From positions 36,579,809 to 36,643,808 of the forward strand of contig NC_057718.1 in the NCBI RefSeq assembly GCF_004010195.1: DNA of 64,000 bases. Reading direction: 5' to 3'. Source of the stretch: Chiloscyllium plagiosum (lineage: Eukaryota). Both the position numbers and the translations under genes were made by a program. Under the pieces are notes generated by a model. The model was not told where the DNA came from. It made no database searches and worked only from the letters and a program-made list of their open reading frames with translations. Shown here piece by piece: positions 51,721 to 64,000 of the stretch. Position 1 is the stretch's first letter. Every line of letters begins with the position of its first letter.

Positions 51721-53712
51721 GATTTTTAGCTAAATGTAAGTTACACAGCTTTTTGAAAGGTTTTTCACCCCAAGATTTAGCAAGATTTCTAACCAAATCA
51801 TATCAAACCCGCATCATTAACGATCTACACCACACCATGGTGTCCTGCTTGTTTGATTCTATCGCCATCTTACCGTACACTGTTCCTGGAACTATCTACC
51901 ATTCACTGGATATCCACATAAGACTGCCATCCCTGGAGTTTGCATCATCTTTAAAAGGCTTTGTGTACCTAAACCCTTGGCAATCTGGCAACGTCCTTCC
52001 CCAGCACTGCAATGGTATAGTCTGGCGATACCACTCATGAGCAATGTAATGGCATAGCAACCACAAAGACACACTGATCACTGCTCACACAGCTGGGCAT
52101 GGCTGACACTTCCTCATACATGCAACCCATCCTCTCACCCTCATCACTGTTAAACAGCCATGCCACACACTTTACCTGCCCTTAGCTACATCCCGTTTAA
52201 ACATCGTAAGTCACTGCTACTCTGCCCCCAAAGTCCAACAGACACCCACAGCTTGTTACTGCCCAGTAGGAGGCTATCACAGGCAAACAATCAGTAAGCT
52301 CTAGACACAAGCTTTTATTGATAGCCAGCAAAAGCAAACACCAACAAAACCGACAGAAGCTGAAGTTCATATCCACAATGCCAATGAAATGCTGGCAATA
52401 CGACCAAAGCATATTTTACATTCCACGATGGTTTTCTGCATTCAGCTTAGATCTACTGAAATCGGGCATCAATCTGATCCTGGCTGACTGGTTGGAGCCA
52501 ATGCAGCTAAACTCTCCTTCCCAGTGTCCTGTCCTTCTTGTAATTCTGCTCCCAGTTCCTCAACGTCAAACACATCACCCCATTCTCTACTCCAAGTGTG
52601 CAGAGCACATCTTTCCAGGATGATGTCCCACACTGTCTCCGAATTATACTGGAGGGTGCCCAGACCAACCCAAGCAGAAGAAATGCATCTTCAGCAGCTC
52701 CAGCATCTGGGCCACTAGTCGAAGGTGCCTCATCAACTGAGCAACCAACACATTACATTAAAAAGGGAATGTCTAATACACTCCAACTCAACCCGTCCCT
52801 ATTCCAGAACCACAATCATGCAAGTTGTCACTGCTTTCAGTCCTTCGTGATACATAAATGACAAATGATGTCGTGGTGTTACTGTTGTCCTGCAGCACCT
52901 TGGAAGTTTTATAAGTGATGGGACCCACTTGGCCAGTAATTAATCTTTTAAATCATCACTGCTAACTTCTGCAACACTGAATGTTTAATTTGCAAGCACT
53001 ATTGGTATGTTGCACTTTGCTTCTGACCAGCATTTGACATCTAAACAGGTTTACTCTACATGCAAATGGGTGAGGAAATGATTGTAAACTATATGCAGCT
53101 AAAGTCTGGAAGAACGAGCTTTATGTATTTGCCCCATTTGAAGTCCTACTATCCAACAGACATGGATCCTGGGTGTTCTCCCAAATGACACTGACTCCAC
53201 CCACCTTGATAGTTGCCCAAGTCATTTTCTAGTTGCATTTCACATCTAAAGAATGGCATGTGATGGCAGGGAACACAGCTTGTTGCTGGCACCATTCGTA
53301 CCAGGCTCCATCTTCCCCAGAGAATGCCATGTTATCTTTTATCTCTCTCTACCCTGACAACCTATTTCTAACCCAAACCCATGTGGAAACCCACAGCATT
53401 AAACTTTGTTTCCAACACTCTCTTGTCTCCTGAACATTATATCTTAGTGATGTCCATCTTGCTCCTGTATGTTCTCACCATAGAGGCCATGATGGTGGTT
53501 AATGTCAATAACTCATCAACCCCTTAATGCTGATCTGCATACCTTCGTATACCTTGAAATCTTACTCATCACCGTCATCGTCTCTAATCGCTCCAGATGT
53601 GTCTGCATTCCACCCTCAGTTGAGACTACACACCCCTTTTGGCAGTAATCACCCCACTGTCTCTACAGGCCTCCTTTCTCCCCACAACAAACCAAAGGCT
53701 TCCAGAACTGTA

Positions 53713-54286
53713 CAGGTCATTCTCCTATAATGCACATTTCGTCAAAGCGATTTGGATGTAACACAATTGGTGAACAATTTTTTTTAAACTAGAGTGCTTC
53801 CTGAAATGTACAGTACTGTACTCAGTAATTTTCAGCCCTGTTTTTTGCAAATCTTGTTGTGTTTTCCACGAATATGGAAGGACAAAGTTGCAAGAATGTA
53901 AACAGGAACCATCCAGGTGAAAAAAATCTTGGTTGGTGACGAAACCTGCAGCTAAAAGTGATGATGCTGATGAACCACAGCCCCTGTCTTAATACAGTAC
54001 TGTAACTCAGCAAACTCAGAAATCCCTCCAAATTACTTTCCAATTTTTCAGGGTAATGTGCTTAAATTTATTGTATTATTTCATTAAAATATATGATATC
54101 AATATTTACTTTGACTATGCTATCATTTGTATCAGGATTATTATATTTGTTTCAATTTTTTCTGATATTTTTGGTAGTCCGCCCCCAACCTGTTTTTCCC
54201 ATAGACTCCATTATTTCTATTGCACGATTTCCTATAACGCTAAGTCCCACGAGAATGTAACTACCACATTACAGAAGAACAGACTG
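53713..54286. mobile_element. Non-autonomous Tc1/mariner (Tigger-like) DNA transposon remnant
   Basis: TA|CAG...CTG|TA ends with imperfect terminal inverted repeats (caggtcattctcctataatg vs cagtctgttcttctgtaatg). Confidence 0.5.
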
Positions 54287-54388
54287 TATTCACCTCAGAA
54301 ATCTGACCGATTTCAACAAGCAGTCCCCAAAGATGAGCTGACAAAACCCCTGACTGCTGTGTTTTGGAATTTGAAATTCTATGAAGCG

Positions 54389-54686
54389 TGGACAGCACGG
54401 TGGCACAGTGGTTAGCACAGCTGCCTCACAGTGCCAGAGATCCGGGTTCCCACCTCAGGCAACTGTGTGTGGAGTTTGCACATTCTCCCAGTGTCTGTGT
54501 AGGTTTCCTCCAGGTGTTCCGGTTTCCTCCCACAGTCCAAAAACGTGCAGGTTAGGTGAATTGGCCATGCTAAACTTCCCGTAGTGTTAGGTGAAGGGGT
54601 AAATGTAGGGGAATGGGTCTGGTGGGTTGCTCTTCAGAGGGTCGGTGTGGACTTTTTGGGCTGAAGTAATCTAATTTAATCTAATC
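54389..54686 (+). mobile_element. HE1-type SINE
   Basis: A box tggcacagtgg, HE1 core and atcta tail. Confidence 0.88.
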
Positions 54687-54689
54687 ATT

Positions 54690-55902
54690 ACAAGCACGGT
54701 GGACAACAATGATCCAGTCGATGTGGTGGACCTAGATTTCCAAAAGGCCTTTGACAAGGTGCCACACAGAGGCTGCGGCATAAGATAAGGATGCATGGCA
54801 TTACAGGTAAAGTAGTAGCATGGATAGAGGATTGGTTGACGAACGGGAAGCAAAGAGCTGGGATAAATGAGTGCTATTCTGGCTGGCAGAGACTAGTAGT
54901 GTGCCTCAGGGCTCAGTGTTGGAACCACAATTATTCACAATTTATACAGATGACTTGGAGTTAGGGACCATGTGTAGCATGTCAAAGTTTGCAGATGACA
55001 CGAAGATGAGTGGCAGAGCAAAATGCGCAGAGGACTGGGAAACTTTGCAGAGGAATATAGATACTTGAATGAGAGGGCAAAGGTCTAGCAGATGGAATAC
55101 AATGTTAATAAATGCGAAGTCATCCATTTTGGTAGGAGTAATAGTAAAAAGGATTATTATTTGAATAGTTAAAAAGTTGCAGCATGCTGCTGTGCAGAAG
55201 GACCTGGGTGCCCGTGTGCATGAATCACAGAAGGTTGGTCTGCAGGTACAACAAGTAATTAAGGTGGCAAATGGCATTTCATACTTCATTGCTAAAGGGA
55301 TTGCATTTAAAAGCAGGGAGGTTATGTTGCAGCTGTATGGGGTGCTGGTGAGGCCACTCCTGGAGTACTGTGTGCAGTTTCGGTCTCCTTATTTGAGAAA
55401 GGATGGACTGGCACTGGAATGGGTGCAGAGAAGGTTCACTAGGTTGATTCCATAGTTGAGGGGGTTGGCTTATGAGGAGAGACTGAGTAGACAGGATTAT
55501 ATTCATTGGAATTCAGAAGAATAAGGTGGGGATCTTATAGAAACAAAATTATGAAAGGTACAGATAAGATAGAATGCTTCCACTGACAGGTGAAACCATG
55601 ACAAGAGGGCAAAGCCTCAAGATTAGAGGAAGCAGATTTAGGACTGAAATGAGAAGGAACTTCTTCACCCAGAGGGTTGTAAATCTATGGAATTCCTTGC
55701 CCAGTGAAGTAGTTGATGCTACTTCAGTAAACGTTTTCAAAGCCAAGAGAGATTTTCTTTTTGAACAATAAAGGAATTAAGGGATACAGTGAGAGCGTGG
55801 CTAAGTGGATCTGTGTTCACAAAATGATCAGCCATGATCATATTGAATGGCAGAGCAGGCTCGAAGGGCCAGACAGCTTACTTCTGCTCCAGTTCTTATG
55901 TT
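54690..55902 (+). mobile_element. CR1 LINE RT region and 3' UTR (second subfamily)
   Basis: LDFQKAFDKVPH, VPQGSVL.P, FADDTK and LEYCVQF motifs; ttcttatgtt tail. Confidence 0.92.
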
Positions 55903-58849
55903 TTCAGCTCCCTGACTGATGATATGCAATTTCTCAGACAACGTGCACTGGCCCTAACTGTTGCTCACTCCCAGGAATGTAGATAGACGGATCCACTGAC
56001 AATGGAGCAGCCCAAGCAGATGACCAACCTGTGGACTGTCATGCCTACCCACCTTCCTTGAATGGACTGAGAACCAGTCATATCCATTTTTCCCCACATG
56101 GTCACTTGCAAGGCATGGATGCTGTGAACATGCGGGTTGGTTGATAAGTCAGCAGTCCTGAGATACAGACTGATTCAATCTGTGAGCCGAAAACCAGTCA
56201 CTGCACTCAAAGATGCCCTTGCAGGAGTCTTGCAATGTGAGATTCTGGTGTGCCATGCAATGCAAGTCTTTGCTTCTGAAATGGACTACAAGTGGATTGG
56301 AAGGGTGTCATGATGATCATGAAGATGGGGCAAATGTTGGATGAGGAGTGATTGGTGCTGGTACCCACAGATCATCCCAGACATGCTATTTGATTTTGAG
56401 CAACATGGAGTTTCCACGCAACCAGCAGTGAGCTGAAGTTGCTATTCCTGGCCAGACTTCTGTATCGAGTGTTCTTGACACTTAGCTTGCTTGGAGTGTA
56501 ATAAGATAGAAGTCGCATCTGACTGAGGCAAACTGCAGCATTAAAAGGGTTATAACACTGCTACTTGCCACTGACTAATGAGAAACTCGCCTTACCACTC
56601 AGCAAACACAAAGGCAGTGCAATGGATTACTCTCAATGTCTACACAAGTCCACCCTGGGTTTATCCTGTGATTCTATCATAAATCTCGTCATAAACAACA
56701 TTTTCAGGCCCTAAGAAGATTCTGCCCAAAGAGACTGGAAAGGAATATACATAGGTCAAGTTGCTAAGCAAAATTTAGCACATGGTAATAGTATCACAGA
56801 TGAGATTACTCAAATATGAAAGGAACTTGAATTGGTGATGGTGGTACTGAACACCTCTGTTCATTGTCCACTTCAATAATTTACATTGAGATATAGAGGA
56901 GATTTGAAACCTTCAGGGGATACCCAAACAAGCATAGTGAATTCTTAAGATCAAAGAAGCTTGCAAAAGGATATTTGTAAGATGGAAACTGAGCTAAAAA
57001 GAACACTGGCAATAAATGTGCAATGATGTTTGATTTAAAAAAACACTGAATTTAATTTATTGTGTAATGTAAAAATGAAGAAATGTACAATTTCCATGTT
57101 TTAGCCATGGATAATCCAAGTTCTGCGAAAGAATGGAGTGTGGCTCCAATACTGAAGCACTGAAGTATAACAGGTGAGTAACCAAGCTCTGATACCACAT
57201 TCCCCCAGTCCTCACCAAAGAGTAAGATACGAGCTCATGTACTGACATGCTGCAAGTCATGTCATGGCAATGTAGCTGGAACATTAGCCCTAAGCAATAC
57301 AAAGCAAAAACAGCTTTCTTTTAAAGATCTACACTGCCACTGTTAACCATTTTCCTCCCGCATTTTGTTTGTTAACTTTAACCCTTTTTTTCCTAATTTT
57401 TCCTACATTGTACATGATGACACTTCAAAACCAAAACCTTTGTTAACTGTAAAGCATTTGTGATATCCTGATGTCATGAAGCTACTATATCACAGCAAGT
57501 CTTTCTTTCCTAATCCAACTATACACTACTCCCAGCTTAAAAAAAAAGCTTAAACTCTCTATTATCATGTTGTTTTCCTTGTTTATGTTAGAAGTGTAAA
57601 TAGGTGTTCAAAAATTATTCTAATGACTTTCACTTTCATATTTCCAGCCAACTGAAAGCCCATTTCTTATCATAGCATGCAAGTGCTTGCTGCAAAGAAT
57701 AATGCTTATATTGTTTTAAAGGGAAAATAGAAATTCCCCTCCTATCTTTAGGGTACTATTTCAAAGTTAATTATGATTCTTGGAAAAAAGGAGCCTCACA
57801 TGTTTACTTTTAGGATGTGCATGCTAGCATATTACTTGAAAAGACATTCACAGTCCTGCTAATTGATTGCATGGAGATGCTAATGAAGATACTCTTCTAA
57901 TTTAGGCTTGGTCTCTCCTTCAAGTGTTTACAGGCTAATTTTGAATAATGCAAGTCACTTACAATACTGGTCCCTTGCTGATGTGTCCAGGAATACCAAC
58001 AGCAGTTAGCACTATAATCACTGAAATGAATAGGCAGCAAAATACTGGTGTACTCATTCGTCCCAATCAACAGACATACGTTAATTGAAGAACAGAATGC
58101 TTTAAGGGAGTTATTGAACTTCGTTCCCATTATTACACACTGGTGATGCAAATATACAGTTAGAATATTGCAGTTATGTTTCATGATATTAAGATTGTTC
58201 CTAACTTCACCACTTTAACTGTTTTTCTCCACAAACGCTGCCAGCACTGCTGAACATTCCCATCGTTTACTGCTACTATGTTAAAAACAAGATCCTTCAT
58301 GCTTCCAGCAAACATCCCCAATGCAGAAAACAAAATATGGAAGAAAGATGTCACATTAAATGCTACCAAAGTTTCAAAAGATAATACCAGCTAAGCGAAA
58401 TAACAGATTAACTGGAAAAAAATTGTTCCTGGAGTTTTTGTTTTCCATACAAACCAACCACACTATGTCCTTACTGCAAATCACCAGGGAAATATCAAAC
58501 AAACAAGCAAAGAGCTCTATATTATTCAAAAGATAGTAGTCACATGCAAAGATGGAAGTAAAATAAATTTTAGTAATTGGTGACCATGATAGAGGCCAAG
58601 TTGTCAAAGTTCATGGAAGTAAAACATGAGTGAACTCTGTTCTGGATTCCATCAACATCCTGAGAATTGTTAGAGCTGAACTATAATGTCTAAGGGTTAT
58701 CTTTGTTTTAACAATCAATGATAAATATTGAGAGGTCAATGCATTGCCATATGATGATTAAGCAACAGCTCAGACAATAGGGGTCGAACCCAGACTCAAT
58801 AGGTTTAATGGACTTCTTAGGTACAGACAATGTTTGGAAAGTTGTTTTT

Positions 58850-59120
58850 GATACTTGTTTATGGGATGTGGGCATCACTGGCTAGGTGAATATTTACTGA
58901 ACATGTTTAATTTCAGACGAAGATGTGGTGAACTGCCTGCACGAACCATTACAATTCCTGAAGTGTGGGTACACCCACAGTGCTGTTTGGAAGACGATTC
59001 CAGATTTTAACCCCATGTTAATGTAGAGGCGGCGATGTACATCCAAGTCAAGATGGTGTGTAGCATGGAGGAGAATTTGCAGGTGGTAGCATTCCCATGT
59101 ATCAGATGCTCTTATCCTCG
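58850..59120 (-). mobile_element. LINE 3' UTR fragment, same family as 1750-2700
   Basis: gggatgtgggcatcactggc and ccaagtcaagatggtgtg motifs. Confidence 0.65.
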
Positions 59121-59228
59121 GAGAGGGGAGGAGGGAGGGAGAGGGGAGGAGGGAGGGAGAGGGGAGGNNNNNNNNNNNNNNNNNNNNNNNNNNNGGGGGG
59201 GGGAAGAGAGAGAAAGGGGAGGAGACAA
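59120..59228. repeat. Purine-rich (GA) low-complexity repeat with an assembly gap at 59168-59193
   Basis: (gaggggaggagggagggaga)-like units and a run of N. Confidence 0.95.
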
Positions 59229-61294
59229 GTGAAAAGGAAAGGGGGATAAGTTAAATAATGAGAGAAGGACAAAACTAAAAAGACAATGCAGGGCAAATCA
59301 GAAAGGTCTGCTAAATTTTGCAAAAGTTGGGGATAAATCAAAACAATGAGTTATTGCTGGCCAATATGTGCATATTATCAGAAGTCTTGCAACATTTTTT
59401 CTAGGTGCTTTTTTTTGCCTGGATTTGGGGAAAATTCAAGTTTTAACAACAGTGCTAGATGACTTACTGGTTGAGATATACAAAAGCAGTTCAAAATTAA
59501 TAAAGGCATAGGTTAGTGCTGCAAATTGTGTTTTCCTGGAAATTGCTTAAGGTTCTGTTTTCCTAGGAACAATTAAGTGGAATATTAATTCTTAGCTGAT
59601 GACAGGGGTATCTATATTAGAAGAGATTAGAGTCAGTTTAGGCCTCAGCATTGAGGAACTGGTAGGTTCTGAAAACTAGCAACCACAATACAAAATGGAT
59701 TAGGCTTTTCATTTCGTCTACTCATTTAAAGATGCTTAAACAAGTACATTACTCCATTGGTGCTGGAAATAGAATAGAACCTATTTCAGCAAATAAATTA
59801 TTTTAATAGCTTGACAAGGAATTAGAAAAGCCAATTCATACAGTCCTTAACTTGCCTGAAGATCAGCTTTGGTCACATAGTCATTGGAGAGATAGAAATT
59901 AATGGAAATTCTGCAAATTAGCTTTGAAAATTGAAAGCGAAATGTTTTTGGGAGAGTGAACCTGATCAGGGAGAACAGCCTAGGGTGAGAAAATAAAACA
60001 AATGTTGTAAGGCTTTGATGAAGGATAGAAGGCTATAATGGGGTCAAGAAACTAATTGCAAGTAGACACCATAAAAGCCAGGTATTTCAATCCATTGTTT
60101 AAACAAAGTCTTAGAAAGCATTTCATGGGGCCACAAGTGTCATACCCAGTCATCTAGTTCAGATTAAACTCATCATTTTGGATGTAGAAGATCTTGATTA
60201 AAAAAATACAATTGGTATAAACTCCTTCAAAATTCTAGTTTTTCTTTACACTGACTTTGTTTATGATTTTCAACAGCTTATGATTGCTCATTTTCAGCAA
60301 AACCTGATCATCCCCAGAATAAAAGTAAGAGAGAGACCTGAAAGCCCCAGTGTAATAAGTAGTGGGGTCAAATAGTTTTTTTAAACAAAATTCATTTTTG
60401 AGTTAAATTCTAACTTTACTTGCCAAACTATAAATCGTAATGAATAACGTACTAGGCATCTGGGTTAGAAATTTCAACAAGTCTGGGTGAAAAATGGTCT
60501 CAAGACATAACATTTTACTATTACCTTTGGAGTCTAGTACAGAGGCCAGGAATCTTATGTATCTGGCGACCATAATATTCACTTATTTCTCAGTGCTGAA
60601 GGGCTATACGTTAACATTATAATGCAGCAAAATGACTGGTTTAACAAAAGGTATTGATATTGGTATTGCAAACGAAAATGTCCAGACTGCACATTAAAAA
60701 AAAGGGCAAATGTTGTAAACAAAAACTGTCGATTTAAAAATTTTTTTTAAAAAAGTTAACAGCATCACATTGGTAGGCATGAATTTACATTGGGAACTCG
60801 CAGTAGGTACATTAGATTATTGTGCCAAAATGAATAAATAGCAATGTGTCAAAATACCTTGTGATTAGTACATGGTTTAATTTGGCAGGAAAGCAACAGA
60901 GATGTCCTATCGTGTCGGATGGCCATTTTAAGAAAGATAACCATGGGAAGGTTAACATAGTAACTGAAACGAACACATAGTATCTACATTTTTTGCCTTA
61001 AGTATTTCCTTCTTAAAAAGAATGATCATTGGGAAAATTGCCAATGAGAAAACTATACAGGATTGAAAATAAAATTAGGGAAAGGAACTAAACAGTAGAA
61101 AGGGTGACATTTCAAACTGAGAAGAGCAGAAAGAACGAACATTTTTGCATGCTCAAGCAGGTGAGGTTATAAATCCTTGTGAAAGATGCAAATAGCGAAA
61201 AGGTAATGGTGAGCTTGAACAAATTTTAGATGACACATTGATAAGAGATTTAGCTATAGTTTTGAGTGCAACAATAAGTAAAGCAGCTATAGTC

Positions 61295-61500
61295 ACATTC
61301 GACCCATTCGACTGCTTTCTCATTAGAGAGAGACAACTGCTGGCGGGTTAACTGTTGGGTCACCACACCTCAGGCAAGGGGTGAAGTTGAGAAGCAGAGT
61401 CCTTCATGGTAATCTCAGCTGGTGCAGGAACTGAAACTATGCTGTTGGCATCTCTTTGTATGGCAAACCAGCCATCCATCCAAGTGAGTTAACCTATTCC
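61295..61500 (-). mobile_element. Old SINE-like element
   Basis: Reverse-complement similarity to 20190-20350. Confidence 0.55.
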
Positions 61501-62147
61501 CTGTACTAGAATACAAGGAGGATAGAAAAGCAATTGAAAATATACAATATATTTTAAAATGCTGTGATGAAAGATGCTCAATATATATTTTGCATTTCTG
61601 GATTTGATTTTTAAAATAATGGAAGACGAATGTGATTCAGTTTTGTGCGGGCTTTTCTTTGGAGCAAATCAAAACATCATTAGGAAGAGTGACACAAGCT
61701 AATCAATGCCAAAAAAGAACACGCGCGATTGCAGTCAAGTAAGTGCCTGGCAGAGGCCCTGCAGTTTTAACTGAGGAGTTTACAACAGACAAGAAAATCA
61801 GTTTAGCTTTGACTTTGGAACAGAAGATTCAAGGTATTCATTCAGGAGAATATAGGAATTCAGTTCAGAGGGGACAATTTCTTCTAGAATAAGAATCAGG
61901 TTTTTAATCCAGGGGAACCAGTTACCTTTGGCTGAAGTGTTTCAGTTTCTGGGTTTTCTAAGTTGGGAGAACACGGTGAAAAGATTTAGGTCACCAGGAT
62001 CGTGAAAGCTTTATGGTAGCAGATTTGGAAAGAAATTGTGAAACAGTCACAGTCCCTGTAGTCCAAGGAAAAGCAACTGGAAGGGCATGGTTAGGGTGAA
62101 TAGCTAAGGTCTTTTTCCTTGGAGGGGGGGGGGGGATTACAAAGTCT

Positions 62148-62929
62148 CAGCGTGTTTTGAGAAGATTTGTAGCTCCGGTTGAGGTTTTGGATGTAGGTTT
62201 GCTCACTAAGCTGGAAGGTTCATATCCAGACGTTTCGTTACTTTATTAGGTAACATCTTCAGTGGGCCTCAGGTGAAGCAATGGTGAAAACTCCTGCTTT
62301 CTATTTATGTGTTTGGATTTCTTTGAGTTGGTGAGGTCATTCCCTGTGGTGATGTTATTTCCTGTGGTGAAGTCACTTTCTGTTCCTTTTCTCAGGGGGT
62401 GGTAGATGGGGTCTAACTCGATGGGATTGTTGATAGAGTTCCAGTTGGAATGCCATGCTTCTAGGAATTCTTGTGCGTGTCTGTTTGCCTTGTCCTAAAA
62501 TGGATGTGTTGTCCCAGTCGAAGCGGTGTCCTTCCTCATCTGTATGTGAGGATACTAGTGAGAGAAGGTCATGTCTTTTTGTGACTAGTTGGTGTTCATG
62601 TATCCTGGTGGCTAGTTTTCTGCCTGTTTGTCCAATGTGTGTGTCCAAACAAAGACACACACGAGAATTCCTAGAAGCATGGCATTCCTACTGGGACTCT
62701 ATCAACAAACACACGAGTTAGACCCCATCTACCACCTCCTGAGAAAAGGAACAGGAAGTGACTTCACCACAGGAAATGACTTCACCACGGGAAATAACAT
62801 CCAAAGAAATCCAAATATATAAATAGAAAGAAGGAATTTTCAGCATGAGGCCCACTGATGATGTTACCTAGTAGGGTAGCAAACATCTGGAAATGAACCT
62901 TGACAGCTCAGCAAGCAAACCTACATCCA
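62148..62929. mobile_element. Fold-back Penelope (Poseidon-like) element
   Basis: HIGQTGRKLATRIHEHQL...FDWDNTSILGQ; inverted second arm from about 62640; 12-bp TSD attacaa(a/c)gtct. Confidence 0.88.
62226..62265 (-). ncRNA. Minimal type I hammerhead ribozyme motif
   Basis: CCA-CUGAAGA-U-GUUAC cuaauaaa GUAAC-GAAA-C-GUC-UGG. Confidence 0.72.
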
Positions 62930-63784
62930 ATTACAACGTCTGGATAGGTAAATGAATAGAAAGGGTTTACAGTAATATGGACCAAGTACTGGCAAATGGA
63001 ACTAGGTCAGATTGGGATGTCTTGTCAGCACAGACAAGTTGGACTTATGGGTCTGTTTCCGTGCTGTATGACTGTAAAAAAACTTAAGAATTGAGATAGA
63101 AGTGAAAGTGGTCAGGGATTGGATATCTGTAAAACCCGAATGTTGGGAACAGATTGAAACTCTGTGCTGCTGCTTTCGTTAAGGTCTTTGTAATTGCTCG
63201 AACTATAGCTCTGCGTTTAAAAATATTTTCTGTTGTTAAGGAACGAATGCAGCCTTGTGTAAAAATGCTTCAGTGACTAAGCACCAGGAAAAAAATTAAC
63301 ATAATTTATCAAGCTGGGTTTCTTTCTGGGATCATATTTATCCAGGAATATCATCTCAGATCATAATATTAACAAGAATAAGGGGTTTCTGTTATGAAGG
63401 AGGTCTGGGTAAATCAGGACACCTTCGTAAAACTGAGAAGCTTAAAGAGTAATCTAACAAATGTTCATGGTTATGAAAGATCATGGTCAGGTAAATACTT
63501 AACTACTTGCAAACAAAAGCAATTAATTCTGTGGATGTAAGGTTAAGCTCACAAAGAAGGGAGGTTAGAAAATTATATTTGCACAAATAAAAGTGGGAAT
63601 AATGTTGAATCTCCAAAACAAATTTAATAGAAATGGTTTTAAAAAATAATTAAACTCTTGCCTGGAAACAGGGTATATTAAATGGGAGAAGAAACACGAA
63701 GTTTGGAATTAGAGAAGTTGGTTCATGGGAAGATAAACATTGAAACAAACCTAATTGGCCTTGTGGCCATTGCCTTTACTCCAA

Positions 63785-64000
63785 CTTTCAATAATTTGCT
63801 ACTTAGAGTCATAGAGATGTACAGCACGGAAACAGACCCTTCGGTCCAACCCGTCTATGCCGACCAGATATCCCAACCCAATCTAGTCCCACCTGCCAGC
63901 ACCCAGCCCATATCCCTCCAAACCCTTCCTATTCATATACCCATCCAAATGCCTCTTAAATGTTGCAACTGTACAGCCTCCACCACATCCTCTAGCAGCT
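63785..64000 (-). mobile_element. HER1/CR1 3' end, running off the window
   Basis: Reverse complement of the 45430-45625 tail. Confidence 0.92.

Noticed and set aside
51750..53700. Old Harbinger-like transposon remnant (also 55910-56730)
   Set aside because: Composition suggests a decayed repeat, but I could not recover a convincing transposase motif or termini.
48976..64000. EML4 exon 2 (coiled-coil exon, ...DRLSALE.RVQQQEDE...)
   Set aside because: No matching translation found; it presumably lies beyond the right edge.

Overview
Vertebrate genomic DNA from an elasmobranch (shark/ray), judged from HE1-type SINEs and HER1/CR1 LINEs; the species cannot be fixed from the sequence. The window appears to lie within an eml4 (echinoderm microtubule-associated protein-like 4) gene on the minus strand. 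Seven phase-compatible coding exons are visible (130, 24, 141, 129, 26, 33 and 124 nt). They correspond to human exons 3-7, including a counterpart of the 33-nt alternative exon 6b and an extra 24-nt microexon. The last exon is followed by a U12-type donor (GTATCCTT). The supplied ORF track misses nearly all of these exons; its ORFs are mostly decayed repeats or noise. The introns are rich in CR1/HER1 LINEs, a second LINE family, tRNA-derived SINEs, solo-LTR-like elements and many short Penelope-like insertions, often fold-back, with 9-15 bp target-site duplications (TSDs). Several Penelope copies carry minimal hammerhead-ribozyme motifs of four sequence variants, one with a U3-A8 compensatory core. 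There are also several local templated (inverted or direct) duplications. Exon coordinates were counted by hand; repeat boundaries are approximate.
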